This document shows, piece by piece, positions 5,840 to 13,158 of a stretch of 18,780 bases of DNA. The stretch is from the IMG/VR virus record IMGVR_UViG_3300045988_073124; one strand, written 5' to 3'. The translations under genes and the position numbers were made by a program. This stretch comes from a virus. Under the pieces are notes generated by a model. It was not told the DNA's origin. It worked only from the letters and a program-made list of their open reading frames with translations, and ran no database searches. Each line of letters starts with the position of its first letter. Within the stretch, counting starts at the first letter, position 1.

Positions 5840-6008
5840 GTCTTCCTGAGCGTCGATTTTCGACTGGGAGTAACATGGGTCGGACTGCCACGGCTGAGAA
5901 TGCCGCCGACTGTGAACATCACTATCGTGGCGGTAGTGCCCTACGATTTTCAACTCGCGCTCACATGGGACGTTTCGACCCCGCGTGATTGCGGGGTCAT
6001 TTTATTTT
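5840..6008 (+). ncRNA. Candidate structured non-coding RNA of about 170 nt (possible prohead/packaging RNA analogue)
   Basis: Bracketed by the promoter at 5825-5833 and the intrinsic terminator at 5977-6008. Hand-paired hairpins: 5852-5864, 5879-5910 and 5924-5947. A long-range helix pairs 5847-5852 with 5958-5963. The only internal ORF is 37 codons with a tight SD spacing. Confidence 0.4.
5977..6008 (+). terminator. Rho-independent terminator
   Basis: GACCCCGC (5977-5984), loop GTGATT, GCGGGGTC (5991-5998), then ATTTTATTTT. Confidence 0.8.
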
Positions 6009-6017
6009 CCCGTCGCA

Positions 6018-6026
6018 TGATATAAT
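6018..6026 (+). promoter_or_regulatory. Extended -10 promoter element TGaTATAAT (late operon)
   Basis: Perfect TGnTATAAT about 36 nt upstream of the scaffold gene ATG. Confidence 0.5.
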
Positions 6027-6061
6027 TTTAGTGGAACTATTGCCAATTGTTAGGAGTTTGT

Positions 6062-6349
6062 ATGGCAGACCCAGATAATGACGGCGAGGAAACCACCACC
6101 CCGCCGCCGACCGAAGAGGAACGGAAGACTGAAACCGTCGATGACGAAGTAAAACCGAAAGAACCCGAGCCGGAACCGGATCTGACCCAGGAGCCGGACG
6201 TTTCCGCACGCCTTGACAGTATCGAAAAGGAATTGGCCGCATTGAAGGCCATGATGGACACGCTCGGCTACAATGACCCCGCACCGTCCGACAATGACGG
6301 CGACGGAGACAATGACAGCACCGAGTCCATCGAAGATTTGTTCGACTAA
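6062..6349 (+). CDS. Putative scaffolding protein, 95 aa, very acidic
   Basis: ATG at 6062 is preceded by TAGGAG. The protein is D/E/P-rich with a short helical core (ARLDSIEKELAALKAMMDTL). It lies directly upstream of the capsid gene and is similar in size to phi29 gp7. Confidence 0.6.
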   Translation: MADPDNDGEETTTPPPTEEERKTETVDDEVKPKEPEPEPDLTQEPDVSARLDSIEKELAALKAMMDTLGYNDPAPSDNDGDGDNDSTESIEDLFD

Positions 6350-6367
6350 AACAGAAAGGTATAAGTA

Positions 6368-8083
6368 ATGTCCAATATTCGACCATTGGCCGGCAAGGGC
6401 GACGTTGAGATCTTCAACGCCGTCCGAAACGCCACATCCCCCCAGTTCCAAACCCGTATCCCATCGGCAACGCAGGGCAATATTAGGAACGCGGTGGACA
6501 CCATGCGCAATTTCCCCTACCTTCGTGATGAGTTCACCGGCGTACTCATCCAGAGACTTATCGGCCTCTATATCCAGCACGCCGACTGGGATGACCCGCT
6601 CAAGCTGATCGGCTCCCCCCGCACCCTCAAGCGCTACGGCTCCACCTATGAGCAGGCCGCCGTTGGCCTGGTCAAGGCACGCACCCGTAATTTTAATAAG
6701 GAATATTTGGGCGACGATGTTTACGGTCGTTACAGTCTGCCGACTGCCTCGGTGTTCCACCCTCTGACTTTTGACCATTATTACCCCGTCACCATTCCGG
6801 AAGACGCTTTGTTGACTGCGTTCGACGGTGAGTCGGGCATGTCGGACTATATCGCTGAGATCATGAACGCGCCTATCCTCTCGGATAGGAACGATATGTA
6901 CTTGATGAAGACTCAGACGTTTGCCGAGTACGCTCGTAAGGGTGGTTTTTACCGTGTGCATACCCCTGACGTTGGTAAGGCCGACTCGACCGAAGCGGAC
7001 GCGAAGGGACTACTGCGCCTCATCCAGCAGACGGCGAACGAACTCAAGGCGTCCCCAATGAGCGCCATGCCCCGATATAATGCCATGAGTTGGGTGACGC
7101 CGTGGCGCGATAGTGAAGCGATCTTGTTCGCCACTCCGCAGGTGATCGCCGCGCTCAACGTGGAAGCATTGGCCGCCGCGTTCAACATTGACAAAGTCAA
7201 CGTGCCGTACCGTATCATTCCGATTCCGGAGGATATGTTCGGCATCGGCGGACAGGGCGGCAAGGTTCAGGCCGTGCTCACCACGGAAGACTTCTTCTTC
7301 TGCTGGGACGAAATGCTGGAGACCACCAATTCCCCCGTGAACCCGATTGACGGCACGCGCAACATTTTCTACAAGCACCGCGGCTCCATCACCCCTAACC
7401 CGTTCGCGAACGCGATTCTCTTCTGGACCGGTGAAGGCTCCAACGAGTCCGTGACTCTGCCGGATACGCTCACCACTTCCACGCCGGTATTCGAGTTGCG
7501 CGTGCGGAAATACGGTCAGTCCGCCATCACTCCGCAGAACGTGTCCCGTGGCGATCTCGTCCAGGTGGTGTCCACCATCACGAGCGCCAACGAGGAGACT
7601 GCGACGTTCCAGCCAACAGGCATCAAGTATGCCATCGAGGGCGCAACCAGTCAGTTCACCACCATTGATAACGACGGAATCCTTCGTTGTGGTTTGGATG
7701 AAACCGCCGAAACGCTTAAGGTCACCGCCCAGGCTACCTACATCAATCCGGCTACGCCTGAAATCGACCAGACGGTTTCCGCCGCGCTCGATGTGCCGGT
7801 CGTCGGCACTTGGCTCGGTGGTTGGAAGGCCGGCGCCATCGAGTCTCTTGAGATTCAGGGCGAAAAGTCGGTCAAAGTGAACGGCCATGTGGCTCTTAAG
7901 GCGATCGCCACCAAGACGGACGGCAACACCGCGGACGTGACCAATCTCGCCATGTGGACGGTGGACGCCCACGCGACCATCACCCCCAACGGAGTGTTGA
8001 CCGGAACCATAGCGGGCAACGCCAACGTCACTGTCAAGTTTGCGGGAGCCACTGGAACGGCAAAGGTCACCGTCACCGCATAG
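6368..8083 (+). CDS. Major capsid protein (phi29 gp8-like) with two C-terminal Ig-like (Big_2-type) domains, 571 aa
   Basis: Several blocks match remembered phi29 gp8: EIFNAVRNATSPQFQTRIPSATQGNI, DEFTGVLIQRLIGLYI, EDALLTAFDG...YIAEIMNA, ALAAAFNIDK and NPFANAILFW. The C-terminal 78 aa have the typical Big_2 pattern (...VTA ending). Confidence 0.9.
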   Translation: MSNIRPLAGKGDVEIFNAVRNATSPQFQTRIPSATQGNIRNAVDTMRNFPYLRDEFTGVLIQRLIGLYIQHADWDDPLKLIGSPRTLKRYGSTYEQAAVGLVKARTRNFNKEYLGDDVYGRYSLPTASVFHPLTFDHYYPVTIPEDALLTAFDGESGMSDYIAEIMNAPILSDRNDMYLMKTQTFAEYARKGGFYRVHTPDVGKADSTEADAKGLLRLIQQTANELKASPMSAMPRYNAMSWVTPWRDSEAILFATPQVIAALNVEALAAAFNIDKVNVPYRIIPIPEDMFGIGGQGGKVQAVLTTEDFFFCWDEMLETTNSPVNPIDGTRNIFYKHRGSITPNPFANAILFWTGEGSNESVTLPDTLTTSTPVFELRVRKYGQSAITPQNVSRGDLVQVVSTITSANEETATFQPTGIKYAIEGATSQFTTIDNDGILRCGLDETAETLKVTAQATYINPATPEIDQTVSAALDVPVVGTWLGGWKAGAIESLEIQGEKSVKVNGHVALKAIATKTDGNTADVTNLAMWTVDAHATITPNGVLTGTIAGNANVTVKFAGATGTAKVTVTA

Positions 8084-8103
8084 CGATGATAACCAGCCGC
8101 TAA

Positions 8104-8142
8104 AATAGGTGTGGATAGACTTTATCCACACCTATTATTTTT
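8104..8142 (+). terminator. Rho-independent terminator/attenuator after the capsid gene
   Basis: AATAGGTGTGGATA (8104-8117), loop GACTT, TATCCACACCTATT (8123-8136), then ATTTTT. Confidence 0.8.
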
Positions 8143-8153
8143 AGGAGGGTTTT

Positions 8154-10394
8154 ATGAGCGCAAACGATCTGCCTATAAACTTCAGCTATGCGAAATGGAC
8201 ACCAAACACACGGTTCAAACTCTGCAACGTGCCGTGGGACATGGGCTATAGGGATATCGTAAAATGGGACAGACCGGCTCAGCAAGAGTATTTCAACCAA
8301 CTGGACGGCATCGAGTTCACAAACTGCACCATGTCGAAATACGGACTGCCGGTACGACTGCCCGTGCCGTTCGCCCAAGCGTGCCGGTACAATTATCTGA
8401 TCGCGACGAACGACTATGATTTTGATACCCCCCGCAGTTGGTATTATTTCATTCAGACATGCGACTACATCAACGCCAACACCACACAGTTAAACATTCA
8501 GCTTGACGTGTGGCAGTCATTCCAGCATGATATTCAATTGGGCAACGCATATGTGGAACGCGGCCATGTGGGGATTGCGAACGAGAACGCCTGGAAAGAC
8601 TATGGGAAAACGTATCTGGATCTTCCCGAAGGACTCGACACCGGCAAATGCACCGTACTCACCGACGAAGCTTGGAAACCACTCATGGATATTGGCACTC
8701 ATGATGGCGTGAAATATACATCCTACGGGCTGATCATCGTAAGCACCACCGATCTGGAAGCCGATACGGGCACCAAGGATAATCCGGTGGTCAACACCGC
8801 CACCGGTAGTGCGTTCGAAAGTCAGCTTAATGGCACATCCATGTACTATTTGGACACTCCGGCCGATATTGTCACATTCTTCACCGAAGGCATGAGCGCA
8901 CCATGGGTCACGCAAGGCATTTGCGGCATTTACGCCGTACCGCATTTGCCGCAAGCGTTGTTGGACGGTCAACCGAAAAAAACGGAACTCTTCGGACATT
9001 CCGTAGGTTTTATCGGCAATTGTTGGGAACTACGCAAAAGAAACGACAATAGCAGCGCACGCTACACGGACGTCATCAACCTCAAAAACTTCCGAAACGC
9101 TTTCCAGTTGCCGGAACGCTACAAGTATCTGAAAAAGTTCCTTACAGCGCCCTACGCCTATATCGAATGCTCGTGCCTGAATGGTACCGTGATCACATAT
9201 GAGCCGGAACAGATTCCAAGCGCTGATCTGATTATCCGTGAGTCGTGGAATTACGCGCCACCTTCCCCGCGCTTGAATTTCTACGCGCGCGGATATCATG
9301 CGGGAAGCCTTGGCGAACGTCAGCCATTGACGGACGGTAAAGGTTTGCCTATCGATACGGGTGAAATGCTTAACGCATCCTTTGGCATCACGAATTTCCC
9401 CACCTTCATGGCGGTAAACAACGGTTCGGCTTTGGCTCTTGCAAACAGCGCGTACACGCGCCAATACGCCCAGCAAAGCGCGGACTGGAGTTTCCAGAAA
9501 ACGCAAATGGGCATTAACAACGCCTACGCTCAAGCACAATTGGGCACGCAGTACGCAAGCGCCCAAAACCGGCTCGGCACATCCAACCGCAACGCCATGA
9601 ACGCGATCAGCAACCAGGCCGCGCAGATGGGTACCGATCTGACGTTGAAGAATCTCGGATTCAACAATCAAATGGCTCAGATCAACACCATCGGATCTGG
9701 TGTGGCGAACGCGGTGGGTTCCGCAGTCACGGGCAATGTTGGTGGCGTGGCCGGAGCCATCGCGGGTACCGCTATCGGCGCGTGGACAAACCAGATGACT
9801 TACGACAACAATGTTTCGACTGCGAACCAACAGTTGGCGAACACGCAAACCACCAACAACGCAAGCACTTCACAGGCCAACGCCTACAGTCTCGCACAAA
9901 CCAATCTATCCAACCAACAGACCATGCAGCTCGCGGACATGAACCGGCAACTCGCCCAAGCCACCGCGCAAGGCGATTACGAGAACACCATCGCCGGCAT
10001 CAACGCACAGGTGCAGCAGACCCAAACCGTACCACCCACCACGTCCGGCGCACTGGGCGGTGACGCTTTCAATCTTGCCAACGGTTTGATTGGCGTCCTG
10101 GTACGCTTCCGGCAGATACCCCCAGCAGCCATGCAAGCCATCGGCGAAGTATGGCTACGATACGGGTATTACGTGCAACGCTTCATGAGGTTGCCGACGA
10201 ATTTGATGGCCATGAGCAATTTCACCTATTGGAAACTGCACGAATTGTACGTGCGTAGCTCGACGTGCCCGGAAGAATACCGGCTTACAGTGAAGGGAAT
10301 TTTCGAGAGTGGCGTGACGGTGTGGACTGATCCCGACAAGATCGGCGTCACCGATTATGCGGACAATACGCCATTATCCGGTATCGCATACTAG
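8154..10394 (+). CDS. Tail knob / distal tube protein (phi29 gp9-like), 746 aa
   Basis: The N-terminal third matches the remembered gp9 pattern: RFKLCNVPWD..., YNYLIATNDYD...WYYFIQTCDYINANTTQLNIQLDVWQSF...YVERGHV. Its position after the capsid gene matches phi29. Confidence 0.75.
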   Translation: MSANDLPINFSYAKWTPNTRFKLCNVPWDMGYRDIVKWDRPAQQEYFNQLDGIEFTNCTMSKYGLPVRLPVPFAQACRYNYLIATNDYDFDTPRSWYYFIQTCDYINANTTQLNIQLDVWQSFQHDIQLGNAYVERGHVGIANENAWKDYGKTYLDLPEGLDTGKCTVLTDEAWKPLMDIGTHDGVKYTSYGLIIVSTTDLEADTGTKDNPVVNTATGSAFESQLNGTSMYYLDTPADIVTFFTEGMSAPWVTQGICGIYAVPHLPQALLDGQPKKTELFGHSVGFIGNCWELRKRNDNSSARYTDVINLKNFRNAFQLPERYKYLKKFLTAPYAYIECSCLNGTVITYEPEQIPSADLIIRESWNYAPPSPRLNFYARGYHAGSLGERQPLTDGKGLPIDTGEMLNASFGITNFPTFMAVNNGSALALANSAYTRQYAQQSADWSFQKTQMGINNAYAQAQLGTQYASAQNRLGTSNRNAMNAISNQAAQMGTDLTLKNLGFNNQMAQINTIGSGVANAVGSAVTGNVGGVAGAIAGTAIGAWTNQMTYDNNVSTANQQLANTQTTNNASTSQANAYSLAQTNLSNQQTMQLADMNRQLAQATAQGDYENTIAGINAQVQQTQTVPPTTSGALGGDAFNLANGLIGVLVRFRQIPPAAMQAIGEVWLRYGYYVQRFMRLPTNLMAMSNFTYWKLHELYVRSSTCPEEYRLTVKGIFESGVTVWTDPDKIGVTDYADNTPLSGIAY

Positions 10395-10396
10395 AT

Positions 10397-10430
10397 ATAA
10401 TGGAGAGAGCGTAAAACCTCTCTCCATTAT
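10397..10430 (+). terminator. Stem-loop (13-bp stem) after the tail knob gene, a probable attenuator
   Basis: ATAATGGAGAGAG (10397-10409), loop CGTAAAAC, CTCTCTCCATTAT (10418-10430), followed by an A/T-rich TATTAA. The U-tract is weak. Confidence 0.55.
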
Positions 10431-10450
10431 TATTAAGGACGGTGAAAAAC

Positions 10451-11392
10451 ATGGGCAAGCGCAACAACGCGCGTAAGGCCGCGCACTGGGACAATCAAAG
10501 CGTGCTCGGCTCCATGTGGGGCAATCTTAATCTCCCTGAAATGCGGCAGTCACTGCGCATTAACCAGTATATGAAGCTGATTGAAATGTTGGCAGTGTCG
10601 CGGTTCAAATGGATCAACCTTCCCCCGTACATTGATGAAAGATATTTGGAACTGACTCTTTTTGAGAACGGTTTGGCGCTCTTTTTCCCCGACAAACGTA
10701 AGGGTGTACACCGTTTTATGGTCACGTCGGGTAATATCGGCGGAGTCAACAATTATAATAATCCTACGCTTTTTCAGCCCGTAGCCACGAACTACTCGCA
10801 CCCGCAGGTCGGCTCGAAGGAATGCGTGCCGATCTGGGATAACCAACTTCGTTGCACCATGATTGACGTCATGTGGAATTACGCCACACGATTGGCGATT
10901 GCCGACCGTGCGCTCGACGTGAACCTTGACAATATCAGCGTGCCGTTGATTATCGCCACGTCCGAAACCAACAAACTCACCGCCCAAAACCTCATGAAAG
11001 CGCGTGAAGACGGAGACCCGTACATTTACACCTACGACAGTGCGGATATCACCGGCATGTTCCAGACATTCCCCAACGTCACCCCATTCCTTGCCGATAA
11101 GATCATCACCACGAAAACCCAGATCTGGAACGAACTCGTAAACTACCTGGGAATCGACAACTCGACCACCGAGAAGAAGGAACGACTGCTCGAATCTGAA
11201 GTCACGGCGGGCAACTCACGTACGAACGTGTTCCGCCTGAGCTACTTGAAGGCGCGTCAACAGGCGTGCGACACGATCAACCGACTGTGGCCGCAAATGG
11301 CCGACTCCGGGAAGCCGATCGGCATTGAATGGAACGACACCACTTCAGGCGGACTCCTGGACGTTGACGGAAACAAGGAAGAGGAAAACTAA
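10451..11392 (+). CDS. Portal / upper collar connector (phi29 gp10-like), 313 aa
   Basis: Matches include FKWINLPPYIDERYLELTLFENGLALFF against gp10 [28 protein letters not shown], and KTQIWNELVNYLGIDNSTTEKKERLLESEV against gp10 [30 protein letters not shown]. I chose the ATG at 10451, with AAGGA about 10 nt upstream. GTG at 10442 is the alternative start. Confidence 0.9.
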   Translation: MGKRNNARKAAHWDNQSVLGSMWGNLNLPEMRQSLRINQYMKLIEMLAVSRFKWINLPPYIDERYLELTLFENGLALFFPDKRKGVHRFMVTSGNIGGVNNYNNPTLFQPVATNYSHPQVGSKECVPIWDNQLRCTMIDVMWNYATRLAIADRALDVNLDNISVPLIIATSETNKLTAQNLMKAREDGDPYIYTYDSADITGMFQTFPNVTPFLADKIITTKTQIWNELVNYLGIDNSTTEKKERLLESEVTAGNSRTNVFRLSYLKARQQACDTINRLWPQMADSGKPIGIEWNDTTSGGLLDVDGNKEEEN

Positions 11393-12204
11393 TGGTACAA
11401 AACTTGAGCATGTACGCCATCAAAGACAGCATGGCGGATTACACCTTGACACTCGGCAATCTGATCGCACGCGGTTTCGACACGGATGAAAAACTGCACT
11501 TGAGCGCTCAATATTATCCGATTTTCGACGAAAACTATAGAGCGAAATTGAACGAGAAAATCGTAGCCCACTACGCATTGCGTGAAATCGGTTCGGAAAC
11601 GCCGCAAATGTTCGTGTTTTATCTGGGGCGTACCATGCGGGAGCAGATGGACTATTTCAACCAACTCTATCTGTCCGCGCAACGCAAGTTCGACCCGTTC
11701 ATCACGTCCGACATTCGACAGGAAATGGACTCGACCAGTACGAACGAGTCCAGCGGAAAATCGAGCGGCACACAATCGAACGAGTCTACGGCGAACAGCA
11801 CGTCCGATACCACCGCCGACAATTCCAGCATGACGTTCAACAGCGAGTTCCCGCAGACCCGTATAGACGATTTTCGCAAGTACGCCACCACCGCAAGCCA
11901 GACGGATTCCACCGGCAACACGCATACGGCAACCCAGCAGGACAGCACCGCCACCGCAACCAGCACCAGCAACACCGACTATGCGCACTCCTCCGATAAA
12001 GGAAACAGCACGTCGCACACCCTCGGCACCAGCGGATCCCAATCCCAACTCTTACAGGACTGGCGTAACACCATGCTCAACATTGACATGATGGTCATCA
12101 ACTCGCTCGAAGACCTCTTTTTGGGCATGTGGGGCAGTGGCGACAACATGACCAACGTGCCACAGCTTTACAGCACTAGTCTCGCCTACAATCTCGGCCA
12201 CTAG
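11392..12204 (+). CDS. Putative lower collar protein (phi29 gp11 position), 270 aa
   Basis: TAATG overlap with the portal gene. The size and position match gp11. The central region is S/T/N-rich and low in complexity. Confidence 0.6.
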   Translation: MVQNLSMYAIKDSMADYTLTLGNLIARGFDTDEKLHLSAQYYPIFDENYRAKLNEKIVAHYALREIGSETPQMFVFYLGRTMREQMDYFNQLYLSAQRKFDPFITSDIRQEMDSTSTNESSGKSSGTQSNESTANSTSDTTADNSSMTFNSEFPQTRIDDFRKYATTASQTDSTGNTHTATQQDSTATATSTSNTDYAHSSDKGNSTSHTLGTSGSQSQLLQDWRNTMLNIDMMVINSLEDLFLGMWGSGDNMTNVPQLYSTSLAYNLGH

Positions 12205-12236
12205 AGTATACTTGACATTGACAGTTAGGAGGATTA

Positions 12237-12809
12237 ATGGACGGACCAAACATGTGCGCAGCGCCCTTGGACGTCGACCCGCGACAGCGCTATTTCACAA
12301 CAGTTCAGCCGTTCTCATACCGCGACACGTTGACCGTATTGGGGTATGTGCAGGAGGTGGCCGAACATGTGGATGAACTGCGCGAACAGCTTGACAATCT
12401 CGCCAAGGACGAGAACGCGGACGTCGAAGCCATCAAACAGCTGATAGCCGGTTTCAACGAACAGTTCGAGCGCATCAATGAAACCCTGGATGACTTGGAA
12501 AAGCAGGTCGGACAATACGAAGACAGTGCCCTTACCTATAACCCGACACGTGGCAAGTACGAAGACTCGAAAAACACGAACCGAGACATATACCGCGAAC
12601 TTGCCGTATTCGGCGCGCGGGTCGATCAGATGGCCACCGTAACCACGGCTCAGGCCGCACAGCATGATTGCATCACTTGGGCGGTGTTAGGCAACCGTGA
12701 GATTTTCGGCAACGAAGAACCGCGTGTAACGCCCCGACCCCAGAATCAGCCGCCGACACCGCCACCGACACCGGCAACACCGGAAAAAGGATATATCCCA
12801 ATATCCTGA
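12237..12809 (+). CDS. Hypothetical structural protein, 190 aa, with a coiled-coil core and proline-rich C-terminus
   Basis: Strong SD AGGAGG. The heptad-like acidic segment is VAEHVDELREQLDNLAKDENADVEAIKQLIAGFNEQFERINETLDDLEKQV, and the tail is PRPQNQPPTPPPTPATP. Confidence 0.7.
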   Translation: MDGPNMCAAPLDVDPRQRYFTTVQPFSYRDTLTVLGYVQEVAEHVDELREQLDNLAKDENADVEAIKQLIAGFNEQFERINETLDDLEKQVGQYEDSALTYNPTRGKYEDSKNTNRDIYRELAVFGARVDQMATVTTAQAAQHDCITWAVLGNREIFGNEEPRVTPRPQNQPPTPPPTPATPEKGYIPIS

Positions 12810-12975
12810 TCCCATTGTATTTCTCCTATGCCGCCACCGGGACATTAAAGGGGCTTGCCCTGCCGTTTTATTTCTCCATGAGCCTAGGGCGCACCCCAGC
12901 CGGAACGATAGTCACGGACGGGGTGACCGATTTTTACTCTTGCGGAAACTGCATCTACATCAGAGAGGAAGAAAA

Positions 12976-13158
12976 ATGAATGAAAACGACGAAAACCGCG
13001 ACATGTACGAGCACACCACAACTTATAGTCTGCCCCTCTACACCGACGATACCCCGTCCGATCTGCGCGACGGATATAATCGGGCAATGGTGATGATCGA
13101 CCGACTCATACACCAACTCGAAACCCTCATCCGTGAAACCAAAGGAACAAACCAATGA
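12976..13158 (+). CDS. Small fibre-module protein, 60 aa, paralogous to the N-terminus of the next gene
   Basis: ATG at 12976 is preceded by GAGAGGAAG. It shares the motif Y.L.LY.D..P.DLRDGYN..M..ID with the product of 13155-14615. There is an ATGA overlap with the next gene. Confidence 0.65.
   Translation: MNENDENRDMYEHTTTYSLPLYTDDTPSDLRDGYNRAMVMIDRLIHQLETLIRETKGTNQ

Noticed and set aside
5726-6025. A 99-aa + strand ORF spanning the polymerase 3' end and the intergenic region.
   Set aside because: It starts inside the polymerase gene in another frame without an SD. It runs through a promoter, several hairpins and an intrinsic terminator. The region is better explained as a non-coding transcription unit.
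6050-8131. Long antisense ORFs opposite the capsid gene (6050-6961 at 303 aa, 7010-8131 at 373 aa). Similar ones lie at 3334-3885, 4290-4808, 9030-9848, 11389-12048 and 13038-13505.
   Set aside because: Each lies fully inside a + strand gene that has clear homology or SD support. The products are Arg/Gly/Val-rich, which is typical of antisense frames in GC3-rich coding DNA.
10396-10401. TATAAT after the tail knob gene, considered as another promoter.
   Set aside because: It has no TG extension and forms part of the 13-bp terminator stem (10397-10409). It is more simply explained as stem sequence.
12212-12223. Tandem TTGACATTGACA upstream of the gene at 12237, considered as a promoter.
   Set aside because: No acceptable -10 fits before the SD and ATG; the only hexamer at 17-nt spacing is TAATGG, which overlaps the start codon. 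TTGACA occurs at about the frequency expected by chance in this genome.
12878-12979. A 33-codon ORF (MSLGRTPAGTIVTDGVTDFYSCGNCIYIREEEK) in the 166-bp late-operon gap.
   Set aside because: No SD is present; the upstream sequence is TTTCTCC. The ATGA overlap with the next gene is suggestive but not sufficient. It is mentioned within the gap finding.
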